Below the pieces are notes generated by a model. It saw only the letters and a program-made list of their open reading frames with translations, was not told the DNA's origin and did no database searches. From Kordiimonas sp. SCSIO 12603 (GTDB taxonomy: Bacteria; Pseudomonadota; Alphaproteobacteria; Sphingomonadales; Kordiimonadaceae): 24,000 bases of DNA. Where the stretch lies: the NCBI RefSeq assembly GCF_024398035.1, contig NZ_CP073748.1, positions 1,377,520 to 1,401,519 on the forward strand, read 5' to 3'. Below are positions 16,070-24,000 of the stretch, piece after piece. Each line of letters opens with the position of its first letter. The stretch's first letter is position 1. A program made the position numbers and the translations under genes.

Positions 16070-18172
16070 ATGAACCTACTTTTAGGTGGGGAGCGTAAGA
16101 ACGCTTTAACTGTGCTGAAATCGGCGACAGCGATTTTGGCGATAACGGCATGCACCACTATGTCGTATGCGGTGGATAACGCCGCAGTTGATGATGATGG
16201 AGATGTGCCTGTAGCCAATTCGGCAAACACGTATCCAGCTTCATTCTTTGATCAGTATAACCCTCAAAATGCCTTTGAAATGATCCAGCGGTTGCCTGGC
16301 TTTTCATTTGATGGCGGTTCAAATGCGCGGGGTTTTGGGGGTAACGCTGGTAACGTGTTGATTGATGGTGCACGACCTTCTTCAAAATCAGCAAGTTTGC
16401 GTGAAGTTCTTATTCGTATTCCTGTAGCGCAGGTTGAACGGATTGAGATCGTGCGCGGTGGTACAAGTGCTGGCGATACCGCAGGCCAATCCGTTGTTGC
16501 GAACGTTATTAAGAAAGCAGGCGGCACCAGTGGTACCTGGGTTGCCAAATTGCGCCGTCCACCTGATGGGCGTGTACTACCAAATGTTGAAGGCTCACTT
16601 GCAACGAAAATTGGAGGGTGGGATACCACAAGCCGGTTTGATGTTGGTTGGAATGGTGGCAATCGGGATGCGCTTCTTCGTGATGTAGATGCCGAAGGAA
16701 ACCTGATCGAAAGTGAGGATGAAACTTTCGAAAACCAGTTTAACTTCCAGGTGTTCTCTGTTGAGGCAATCCGAGATGCTTTTGGTGGTAAGCTAACTGT
16801 AAACGGCCAATTTTTCCGCGATAGATTTAAAGGCGACTTCTTCCGTGAAGGATTTAATGGCCGTTTGCCTGATGGCGGAACGCCGGATTTTACATGGCAG
16901 AACAACGAAAACGGTGGTGGTGAAGAATATGAACTGAGCGTTGATTGGAAAAAAACGTTCAGCAATCAGTGGAAACTTCATTCTATCATACTTGGTACCA
17001 TCAATAATTTTGGTTTTGAAAGCCGCACTATTGAAAGCGAACCAATTGATGTTGTGAATGATATTACGGATTTTGAACAAAACCGTAAGCGAAAGGAATT
17101 CATTCTCAGAACCACCTATGGTGATGCAGGTTCGAACAAATTCAAGCCAGAGTTTGGTTTTGAAGTAGCGCGTAACAGTCTGGATTCTGATCTGTCGATT
17201 GTATCAAACGGTGAAGCAATTGATCTAAGTTCAGCCAATGCGAGCGTTCGAGAAATCCGGGGTGAAGCATTTGCTAACTTTAACTGGGCAGCTACGAAAA
17301 AGCTTTCCGTGGATGGAGGCCTGACCGGCGAAATTTCAGAGATTGAAGTATCAGGTGACGCTGGTAACAAACAGACATTCAAGTTTTTGAAACCACGCCT
17401 TACCGCAACGTATAACTTCAGTGATAACATTCAGTGGCAGTGGCAGATTGAACGGACGGTTGGGCAGCTTAACTTCCGTGATTTTGCCGCAAGTGCACAG
17501 ATTAATGATGACCGTACAACGGCTGGTAACCCTGATCTGGCACCAAACAGTGCTTGGGAGCTTTCTACAACATTTGATTGGAAGTTCAGCGAGCGTGGCT
17601 CATTGAGTGTTAACGCTTTCCACGAATGGCGCAGTGATATTCTTGAACAGATTATTCTGGCAAGCGGTGACCCGGGCCGTGGTAACGCGGGTAACGCGCG
17701 TTTTTACGGTGTGGAAGCGGAACTAAATATCCCGCTTGATTTCATTCTGCCGGGTGGCCTTCTTGAAATTGAAGCAAACCTAAGGGATGCAAGTTTTGAT
17801 GATCCCGTAACAGGGCAGAACCGCCGTATCAGTGGCTTTAATCCATCTTTCCTTGGTTTTGATTTCCGTCAGGACCTTGTTAAAGCGAAGGTTTCATGGG
17901 GTATTAGATATAATGGCATCTTCAGGGAAGAAGTATTCCTCACTGATCAGATTATCAGCTTCCGTGGTAACCGTCGGGTTAATGCCTTCATTGAAACAAC
18001 ACGTTGGTTTGGTGTGAAAACCCGTTTTGCTGTGGATCTGATTAACACTGGTAAGTTCCGCAGACAGCGTGATTTCTTTGATCCCGCCCGCGGAGGTGCT
18101 TTCACTGGTTCTGAGATTTCAGACCGTACCAGAAAGCCGGAATTCCGTATCGAAGTGTTTGGTCAGTTCTAA
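16070..18172 (+). CDS. TonB-dependent outer-membrane receptor
   Basis: Plug-domain motifs are EMIQRLPGFSF, GNVLIDGARP and VERIEIVRGG. A long beta-barrel follows with the C-terminal aromatic ending ...FRIEVFGQF. There is a signal peptide, and RBS GAGGAA precedes the ATG. Confidence 0.85.
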   Translation: MNLLLGGERKNALTVLKSATAILAITACTTMSYAVDNAAVDDDGDVPVANSANTYPASFFDQYNPQNAFEMIQRLPGFSFDGGSNARGFGGNAGNVLIDGARPSSKSASLREVLIRIPVAQVERIEIVRGGTSAGDTAGQSVVANVIKKAGGTSGTWVAKLRRPPDGRVLPNVEGSLATKIGGWDTTSRFDVGWNGGNRDALLRDVDAEGNLIESEDETFENQFNFQVFSVEAIRDAFGGKLTVNGQFFRDRFKGDFFREGFNGRLPDGGTPDFTWQNNENGGGEEYELSVDWKKTFSNQWKLHSIILGTINNFGFESRTIESEPIDVVNDITDFEQNRKRKEFILRTTYGDAGSNKFKPEFGFEVARNSLDSDLSIVSNGEAIDLSSANASVREIRGEAFANFNWAATKKLSVDGGLTGEISEIEVSGDAGNKQTFKFLKPRLTATYNFSDNIQWQWQIERTVGQLNFRDFAASAQINDDRTTAGNPDLAPNSAWELSTTFDWKFSERGSLSVNAFHEWRSDILEQIILASGDPGRGNAGNARFYGVEAELNIPLDFILPGGLLEIEANLRDASFDDPVTGQNRRISGFNPSFLGFDFRQDLVKAKVSWGIRYNGIFREEVFLTDQIISFRGNRRVNAFIETTRWFGVKTRFAVDLINTGKFRRQRDFFDPARGGAFTGSEISDRTRKPEFRIEVFGQF

Positions 18173-18204
18173 GCAATTTGAACACACTTCCGTTAGGTAA
18201 CTTG

Positions 18205-18245
18205 AAAGACCCTGTCAGCTTTGGCAGGGTCTTTTCTCGTTTTAG
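18205..18245 (+). terminator. Rho-independent terminator after the TonB-dependent receptor gene
   Basis: 10-bp stem aaagaccctg (18205-18214) pairs with cagggtcttt (18225-18234), followed by the T-rich tail TTTTCTCGTTTT. Confidence 0.75.
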
Positions 18246-18255
18246 GGAGAGGGCA

Positions 18256-19641
18256 ATGAAACAGATATTGGGCATTTTTGCACTGGCGGCGTTGAGCACA
18301 GCGGCCACCGCGCAAGACAGAGAAACATCCACAACAATGAAAGCCTATGCTGCGGGCTATAAGGCAGCATTTACTTGTAGTGCCACATTCAACGGCGGCA
18401 AAACGCCTGAAATGATTGCGGCACAGGAACTTACTGGTATTTATCAAGGCTTCAGAGCACCAATGGCGGAACTGCCCGATGCAGTGATAGACCATAAAAA
18501 CAAGCGTGTGAGTGTGAAATTTAATGATGGTCTGCCGCCGCGTATCAGCCAGTGGCGCGAGGGGCTTGGCTGTACGCAACTTCCTGTTGGTGCTGATTTT
18601 GCCGATGCACAGTATTTGCCAACCGTTGATATAACCCGGCCAAATACTGGCGATAGCCAGCCTTGGAAGAAACTGGATACAGGCAGTGGCGCACTGAAAG
18701 CCAAGCTCAAGAGCATGATGACTGATCCGTATTACGGTAAGGATGCACTCACCACAGCGCTGCTTGTGGCAACGCCTGAAGAATTGCTCGCTGAAGAATA
18801 TATCGAGGGTTACACGCCAAAAACCAGCCAGCGGACATGGTCTGTGGCGAAATCAATTGCAGCTTCAGTAATTGGGGCGGCGGTTGAGGACGGCATGATT
18901 GATGTCTCAAAACCAGCGAATATCACTGAATGGCAAAGCCCGATTGACCCGCGCAAAAACATCACGCTTGAAAACCTGCTGCATATGGCATCAGGCATTG
19001 ATAGCAACCGGGCAGGGAACCGTACTGACCGCCTATACGCGGGTGGTGGCCGAATGAGCGATGGCGCGACAGAGCATTCGCTTGATGTAAAGCCGGGCAC
19101 ACGATTTAAGTATGCGAACAATGATACCTTGCTGGCCGTACGTGCCTTAAAGAACAGCTTTGAAAGCACAAAGGCATATAACGAATATCCGTTTACAGCA
19201 CTTCTTAATAAACTCGGTATGAATGATACGGTGCTGGAAACAGACTGGGAAGGCAACTTCGTGCTTTCCAGTCAGGTGTGGACCACAAGCCGCGATATGG
19301 CGCGCCTTGGTATCCTTCATTTGCAGGATGGTGTTTGGAAGGGTGAACGCATTTTGCCTGAAGGTTGGGTAGAGTATATTGCCACCGCTAAAGGTCCGCA
19401 GCCTGCACCACGTAGAAGTGGAGCCAAACCAATGGGCTACGGTGCACAGTGGTGGCTCTATGATAAAGATTTTGATGGCATTCCAAATGATGCATATGCA
19501 GCTCGCGGCAACCGGGGGCAATATCTGGTTGTGGTGCCGTCTCGGAACCTAGTCCTGATCCGCCGAGGGCATGATCCGGCGGGTGGTGAAGGTTTCAAAC
19601 TTGATCTTTTCGTTCGTGATGTATTGAAGCTAGTGAAATAA
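18256..19641 (+). CDS. Secreted serine hydrolase, beta-lactamase/transpeptidase fold (class C-like)
   Basis: S-x-x-K motif in TWSVAKSIAAS and a Y-x-N motif in KYANNDTLLA. Signal peptide MKQILGIFALAALSTAATAQ. I place the start at ATG 18256 (RBS GGGAGAGGG), because the ORF-track start at 18178 would run through the terminator hairpin. Confidence 0.8.
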   Translation: MKQILGIFALAALSTAATAQDRETSTTMKAYAAGYKAAFTCSATFNGGKTPEMIAAQELTGIYQGFRAPMAELPDAVIDHKNKRVSVKFNDGLPPRISQWREGLGCTQLPVGADFADAQYLPTVDITRPNTGDSQPWKKLDTGSGALKAKLKSMMTDPYYGKDALTTALLVATPEELLAEEYIEGYTPKTSQRTWSVAKSIAASVIGAAVEDGMIDVSKPANITEWQSPIDPRKNITLENLLHMASGIDSNRAGNRTDRLYAGGGRMSDGATEHSLDVKPGTRFKYANNDTLLAVRALKNSFESTKAYNEYPFTALLNKLGMNDTVLETDWEGNFVLSSQVWTTSRDMARLGILHLQDGVWKGERILPEGWVEYIATAKGPQPAPRRSGAKPMGYGAQWWLYDKDFDGIPNDAYAARGNRGQYLVVVPSRNLVLIRRGHDPAGGEGFKLDLFVRDVLKLVK

Positions 19642-19642
19642 C

Positions 19643-20989
19643 TTACAGATGATCAAACACTGAGCCCACTCTCGGGCTCAGTAATCTTTCATACATTTGC
19701 ATCAGATAATTATCTGTCATACCGGCGACATGGTCACAAATCTCGCGCAGGCTTTCGCCGTGTTCCACATATTTTCCGTATGCTTCAGAAGGCAGGAAAC
19801 GCCGTGGTTCATGAGCGATAATCTCAAACACATCCACTACCATCTGTTGGCCTTTAAATTCAAGGTGCTGCACGCTCGGTTTCTGGATGAGTTTATCATA
19901 AACAAAGGCTTTGAAATCCAGCATCAATTGCCGTGCGGCGGGCGCTAGATCAAGGTTATATTTCAGCATAGGGTTACTGAAGCCCTCCACCTCATGCATC
20001 ACCAGATGATCAAGGAAATAGGTAACCAGCATGCTGATGTTCATTTTACGGCGGGATGCATCACGCGCAAACATGCCGCTGATAAAGTTATCATAGGCAT
20101 TATTGCTGCCGAAATATTTAGGCCGCTCGCGCTGCTGGTATTCAATATAATTCCGGCACCGATCAACGGTGAAAAAGGCGCGGAAATCTTCACTGTCTAC
20201 AAACTTGAGCGAGATTGCGTCCTCGAGATCATGTACCGCGTTTGAAATATCGTCTGCCAGTTCCATGATTGAGCAATCAAGTGATTTATATCTGGGTTTG
20301 CCGTGTTCACCTTCTTTGCCGGGCGCAACACTTGTGAAGCGTGCCAGTTCTTCATCGCTAAACACGCTTAGTACCCAATCTACCACCTGTTTTTCTGTAT
20401 CCAGATAACATTTGGGTGGCTTGCAGCTGTTGCGGTCCAAAAGATGAAGGCTGCCTGAGCTGTCACCTTTAGACGGCATAATATCCTTGTTTGCCACGCG
20501 GCTATATGGTGCTGGATATTTAAGAATACCAAGCAAGCTGCGGCGGGTGAGGTTCGCGCCCGCATCTTTGGAGAAGTGCTCAAGCTTCGAAAGAATGCGG
20601 AGTGATTGTCCATTGCCTTCAAAACCCCCGCTGTTTCGCATGCAATAATTAAGGGCAACTTCACCGCCGTGTCCGTAAGGCGGATGGCCAAGATCATGTA
20701 CAGAACAGATGGTTTGCATCAGTGTGGTGGTGGGGAGGTGTATTTCCAGATCAGGAAACTCGGTTCTCGCACGCTTCATCAGCCCTACACCAAGTTGGGA
20801 TACCTCAAGCGAATGGGTAAGCCGAGTGCGGTAAAAATCACTATCCCCCAAATTCAGTATCTGGGTTTTCCCCTGTAGGCGGCGAAAAGCAGCAGAGTGA
20901 ATAACACGGCCATAATCCACATCATAGGCGGTACGTGCTTCTGATGCACCGCTTGTGCTCGTTTCAAACCGTTCTTCCCAAATATTCAT
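19643..20989 (-). CDS. dgt: dGTPase-family HD-domain dNTP triphosphohydrolase (Dgt-like)
   Basis: DYGRVIHSAAFRRLQGKTQI, RTRLTHSLEVSQLG, HDLGHPPYGHGGE (HD codons at 20693-20698) and GFEGNGQSLRIL are all characteristic of the deoxyguanosinetriphosphate triphosphohydrolase family. RBS GGGGAG is present. Confidence 0.85.
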   Translation of the reverse strand: MNIWEERFETSTSGASEARTAYDVDYGRVIHSAAFRRLQGKTQILNLGDSDFYRTRLTHSLEVSQLGVGLMKRARTEFPDLEIHLPTTTLMQTICSVHDLGHPPYGHGGEVALNYCMRNSGGFEGNGQSLRILSKLEHFSKDAGANLTRRSLLGILKYPAPYSRVANKDIMPSKGDSSGSLHLLDRNSCKPPKCYLDTEKQVVDWVLSVFSDEELARFTSVAPGKEGEHGKPRYKSLDCSIMELADDISNAVHDLEDAISLKFVDSEDFRAFFTVDRCRNYIEYQQRERPKYFGSNNAYDNFISGMFARDASRRKMNISMLVTYFLDHLVMHEVEGFSNPMLKYNLDLAPAARQLMLDFKAFVYDKLIQKPSVQHLEFKGQQMVVDVFEIIAHEPRRFLPSEAYGKYVEHGESLREICDHVAGMTDNYLMQMYERLLSPRVGSVFDHL

Positions 20990-21075
20990 GATGGCTCCCC
21001 AGTTGGATTAGTATCATGGTGATACCACAAATTCCTGCCGGGAAAACCAGTTAGTAAGAGACAGTTGATGAAAAA

Positions 21076-21681
21076 CTAGTGAGACAGGATCATATTTGCG
21101 CGGGATTCCAGGTCTGCTTCAATACGGGCTGATGGCAGATCTGCTCTGGCTCTGAGGACATGGCCCTGACGAAGATCAAACATAAGGCGCGCACGTTCTT
21201 CTGATGGGAAGTCTACGGGCAGGCTACCACGGGATTTTTCCTCTTCAAACCGTGCTGCGAAAAGGCTGTCTGCCCCTTTGATAATATGTTGGAGTTTCTC
21301 TGTTGCACCTTCCACGTGGCCTGCGCTGGTGGGTACACAGCTGCTGATAAAGCACCCTTTTGGATGTTCAGGCGTACTGTCATCTTCTGTGATGCCGGTT
21401 TCAAGGAAAGCAATGATTGCTTTTTTGATATCAGTTTCATCGTTGAAGGCGCTGATCGGGCTTTTACCAAAGTTTTGGGAATAATGGTCAATGGCAGCCA
21501 TAAAAAGCTGCTGCTTATCCCCAAAGACAGAATAAAGGCTGGGGCTGTTAATACCCATGGCATCTGTCAGGTCACGCATAGAAGTGCCGTCATAGCCCTT
21601 TTCCCAAAACACCGTCACCGCAGCATTCAGAGCTTGTTCTCTATCAAAGCCTCTTGGGCGCCCAACCTTCTTTTCTGGCAT
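21076..21681 (-). CDS. TetR/AcrR family transcriptional regulator
   Basis: N-terminal HTH GRPRGFDREQALNAAVTVFWEKGYDGTSMRDLTDAMGINSPSLYSVFGDKQQLF is canonical TetR_N. RBS GAGGTT is present. Confidence 0.9.
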   Translation of the reverse strand: MPEKKVGRPRGFDREQALNAAVTVFWEKGYDGTSMRDLTDAMGINSPSLYSVFGDKQQLFMAAIDHYSQNFGKSPISAFNDETDIKKAIIAFLETGITEDDSTPEHPKGCFISSCVPTSAGHVEGATEKLQHIIKGADSLFAARFEEEKSRGSLPVDFPSEERARLMFDLRQGHVLRARADLPSARIEADLESRANMILSH

Positions 21682-21706
21682 TTCTCAAAACCTCAAACAT
21701 ACATCA

Positions 21707-21733
21707 GTTATTATATTAATAACGTTTGTTACA
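21707..21733. promoter_or_regulatory. Candidate TetR operator 1 (ATAAC-GTTT-GTTACA), overlapped by a 7-bp inverted repeat
   Basis: TAAC (21720-21723), N4, GTTA (21728-21731). Just upstream, GTTATTA (21707-21713) and TAATAAC (21717-21723) form a perfect inverted repeat. The site lies 39-50 nt upstream of the tetR ATG. Confidence 0.5.
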
Positions 21734-21820
21734 AATCTCAAGAAGGCATGAATAGTTATATGGTGTGTGCTCTCCAACTATCTGGTGTGGCGGTGAATTC
21801 AGGTGGTAACTTTTATTTGA

Positions 21821-21832
21821 TAACGGTCGTTA
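21821..21832. promoter_or_regulatory. Candidate TetR operator 2 (TAAC-GGTC-GTTA)
   Basis: Second copy of the TAAC-N4-GTTA(CA) palindrome in the tetR/prx divergent intergenic region. Confidence 0.45.
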
Positions 21833-21841
21833 CATAATTGG

Positions 21842-21870
21842 TTGAAAATTATGCATAAGCTAATTAAATA
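21842..21870 (+). promoter_or_regulatory. Candidate promoter of the peroxiredoxin-like gene
   Basis: TTGAAA (21842-21847), 17 nt spacer, TAAATA (21865-21870). Operator copy 3 overlaps the -10 element and predicted start site, as expected for repression. Confidence 0.35.
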
Positions 21871-21880
21871 ACAATCGTTA
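21869..21880. promoter_or_regulatory. Candidate TetR operator 3 (TAAC-AATC-GTTA)
   Basis: Third copy of TAAC-N4-GTTA(CA), 21-32 nt upstream of the ATG at 21901. Confidence 0.45.
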
Positions 21881-21900
21881 CAAAATTAAAGGAGTGTTCG

Positions 21901-22434
21901 ATGTATAGTAAAAAATTAGCTGCTGGAACTGAGTTTCCAGTGTTTTCTCTGAAGTCTACCAGCGGTGAAGACTTAACCCTTGGCAAGGCATCTGAAGGAT
22001 TTGATTGGCAAATGATTGTGGTTTACCGCGGCAAGCATTGCCCTTTGTGTACACAGTATCTGCAGCAATTGAATGCGAAGCTGGATGATCTTCATGGTCT
22101 CGGTATTGAGGTAATTGCTGTTTCTTCTGATCCGCTTGAGAAAGCGACAGTGCAGATGGAGCAGGTGAACCCGAATTTCCCTGTTGGTTACGGCTTGACC
22201 ATTGAGCAGATGCAGTCACTTGGGCTTTATATTTCCAGCCCGCGTTCTCCCGAGGAAACAGATGCACCGTTTGCCGAGCCAGGCATGTTTATTGTGAACG
22301 AAGAAGGCTTGTTGCAGGTTGTTGATTATGCAAATAGCCCGATTATTCGCCCGGAACTGGGTCTTCTTGTTGGTGGCCTTGCGTTTATTAAGAACCCGGA
22401 AAACAACTATCCTATCCGTGGTACTTTTGAATAA
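21901..22434 (+). CDS. Peroxiredoxin-like / AhpC-TSA (redoxin) family thioredoxin-fold protein
   Basis: FPVFSLKSTSGEDLTL...MIVVYRGKHCPLCTQYL (C-P-x-C in peroxiredoxin-like context) and VIAVSSDP. RBS AAAGGAG is present. The gene is divergent from tetR. Confidence 0.75.
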   Translation: MYSKKLAAGTEFPVFSLKSTSGEDLTLGKASEGFDWQMIVVYRGKHCPLCTQYLQQLNAKLDDLHGLGIEVIAVSSDPLEKATVQMEQVNPNFPVGYGLTIEQMQSLGLYISSPRSPEETDAPFAEPGMFIVNEEGLLQVVDYANSPIIRPELGLLVGGLAFIKNPENNYPIRGTFE

Positions 22435-22455
22435 ACCAATATAGTGATTGAAGTG

Positions 22456-22490
22456 AATCCCGTGATCTATATGAGGCACGGGATTTTCTC
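22456..22490 (+). terminator. Rho-independent terminator after the peroxiredoxin-like gene
   Basis: 9-bp stem aatcccgtg (22456-22464) pairs with cacgggatt (22477-22485), followed by TTTTCTC. Confidence 0.6.
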
Positions 22491-22664
22491 AATTAATCAG
22501 AAATTTAAAACCTGCTTGCCAAGTGCCGGCTTACTTACACGTGCCTTGATGAGTTTAATGTTTTTTAACTCTTTACGCCCACACTTATAACGTTGGTTTG
22601 GGAGGAGCCAGCCTGGAGTTTGTGTTTTCAGTATCGTTTGAAGTGCGCAAAAAAAGGCAGGGCA

Positions 22665-24000
22665 TTGTTCACCAAAAATATATTCTTCCGCCAAACTTCA
22701 TCTGTATCCACCCGCTTAAACCTTCTTAACCTTTTGGTGTTGCTTTCGGGTTTGTTAAGCATCGTTGGTGTTTATGAAATTCAGCTGGGGGCGCAGCTTC
22801 ATAAATTAAATTACCAGCACCAAAAATATATCGATCAAGTTTATAAAGCCGTTGATCAGTTTGAACAAACGTCTGGCAATATTGAACCCGTTAAAGATTA
22901 CGTAATTCTTGTTAGAGAACAACCGATCGAATGCCTGAATATGGTAAGTGCGTTCGAGAAATTCATGATGAAAATCATAGGAACCGGTGAAGCTATTGCC
23001 CTGTGCGAGCAGGATAAACTTCTTGCGGATGATATTCTGGATGAACTGGACCAGTATTCCCGTGGTGAAATAAGCAAAGAGGTTGTGGTTTCAAAGCTTA
23101 AAGTTGGCCTGGAGGGGTTATCTTCACACGGTGCACAATTTCAGCCGTTTGTCGCGAAAACGGTATCTACAATGTATATCATTGTGATTTCCATGGTTAT
23201 TACGAAAGCAATCATTGTCCCGTTTTTAGGAGTGATTTTATCATCTAGTGTTTCACGAGATTACAGGACCCTCAACAACACGAAAAAGCAGCTTATTAAT
23301 GAGCAGGAACGGAATGAGCTTATACAAAACGAGCGCATGAATGCATTATCTACAATGGTTGCAGGTGTTGCTCATGAAATAAATACACCTGTTGGCGTTA
23401 GTGTTACTGCGGCATCCCATGCCCGCGAACGACTTATGCAAACTGAAGAAGCTTACCAAAATGAATTGCTCTCGGAAGAAGATCTTCAAAGCTATTTCGT
23501 TGATTCAAAAGAAGCTTTCAGAATTATTCAAAATAATTTAAGACGTACGTCCGAATTGGTGAAAAGTTTTAAACAGGTGTCTGTGGATCAGACCGAAGAT
23601 ATTGTTCGAACCTTTAGTGCCAAAGAGTATCTGAAAGATATCATCATCAGTTTAAAGCCGATTGTGAAAAAGCCTTCTGTGGAAGTGGTTCTGGATGATG
23701 TTGAAGATATTTACATCGAAACATACCCAGGGGTTTTAAGTCAGATAATTACCAATTTAATCACTAACTCTCTTTCTCATGCTTTTGCAGCGAACGACGG
23801 TGGCGTCATCAATATTGCTTTGTCGCCTTTATCGAACAAAAAAGTTCAGATTGTTTTTTCTGATAATGGTTGCGGCATTAGCAAAGAGAACCTCAGGCAT
23901 ATTTTTGATCCATTTTTCACAACAAAACGCGGTCAGGGTGGTACGGGCCTTGGTTTGCATATCCTTCATAACTTAGTGGTCGATAAACTGGACGGTGAAA
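22665..24000 (+). CDS. Membrane sensor histidine kinase (HisKA plus HATPase_c); 3' end cut by window edge, start uncertain
   Basis: Absent from the ORF track because it has no stop in the window. Hand translation of frame 3 gives two TM segments (LNLLNLLVLLSGLLSIVGVY, MYIIVISMVITKAIIVPFLGVIL), H-box MVAGVAHEINTPVG (His codon 23373-23375), N-box NLITNSLSHAF, G1 DNGCGI and G2 GGTGLGL. The frame opens after a stop at 22566-22568 and has no ATG before TM1. TTG 22665 (AAGG 7 nt upstream) is my best guess. Confidence 0.8.
   Translation, partial: MFTKNIFFRQTSSVSTRLNLLNLLVLLSGLLSIVGVYEIQLGAQLHKLNYQHQKYIDQVYKAVDQFEQTSGNIEPVKDYVILVREQPIECLNMVSAFEKFMMKIIGTGEAIALCEQDKLLADDILDELDQYSRGEISKEVVVSKLKVGLEGLSSHGAQFQPFVAKTVSTMYIIVISMVITKAIIVPFLGVILSSSVSRDYRTLNNTKKQLINEQERNELIQNERMNALSTMVAGVAHEINTPVGVSVTAASHARERLMQTEEAYQNELLSEEDLQSYFVDSKEAFRIIQNNLRRTSELVKSFKQVSVDQTEDIVRTFSAKEYLKDIIISLKPIVKKPSVEVVLDDVEDIYIETYPGVLSQIITNLITNSLSHAFAANDGGVINIALSPLSNKKVQIVFSDNGCGISKENLRHIFDPFFTTKRGQGGTGLGLHILHNLVVDKLDGE

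Noticed and set aside
16264-16965. 233-aa ORF on the - strand inside the TonB-dependent receptor gene, and 183-aa + strand ORF (21286-21837) over tetR
   Set aside because: Both fully overlap genes with strong family signatures and encode low-complexity or motif-free sequences. The 21286-21837 ORF would also run across the promoter and operator region.
22497-22694. 65-aa ORF on the - strand between the peroxiredoxin-like gene and the histidine kinase
   Set aside because: It overlaps the probable start and leader of the histidine kinase, and has no RBS or recognisable features. It is likely spurious.

Overview
About 18 protein-coding genes from a proteobacterial chromosome, probably a marine alpha- or gammaproteobacterium judging by gene content; no rRNA, tRNA, CRISPR array, transposase or integrase was seen. 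All family calls come from reading motifs by eye, since no search could be run. The window is rich in cell-envelope and sorting functions: a 1000+ aa autotransporter, a VIT-vWA 'marine proteobacterial sortase target' translationally overlapped with its dedicated sortase, a PEP-CTERM protein, a TonB-dependent receptor and a secreted beta-lactamase-fold hydrolase. Housekeeping-type genes include a molybdopterin oxidoreductase subunit (5' partial), a 2-TM K+ channel with a DUF1289 partner, YbaN/DUF454, DUF599, DUF3089, a TetR regulator divergent from a peroxiredoxin-like gene, a dGTPase-family HD hydrolase and a sensor histidine kinase (3' partial, missing from the ORF track). The most interesting locus is a markedly AT-rich single-gene insertion (about 8406-10821). 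It encodes a 775-aa KAP-family P-loop NTPase with an apparent N-terminal two-helix membrane anchor, wedged between ybaN and a convergent DUF3089 gene, and is a candidate stand-alone defence or abortive-infection NTPase. Secondary items are a very strong orphan rho-independent terminator closing a structured, C-rich non-coding stretch (candidate sRNA or leader, about 7700-7951), a triplicated TAAC-N4-GTTA operator motif in the tetR/peroxiredoxin intergenic region, a dGTPase gene directly downstream of tetR, and a sortase substrate with a GPQTAT sorting motif.
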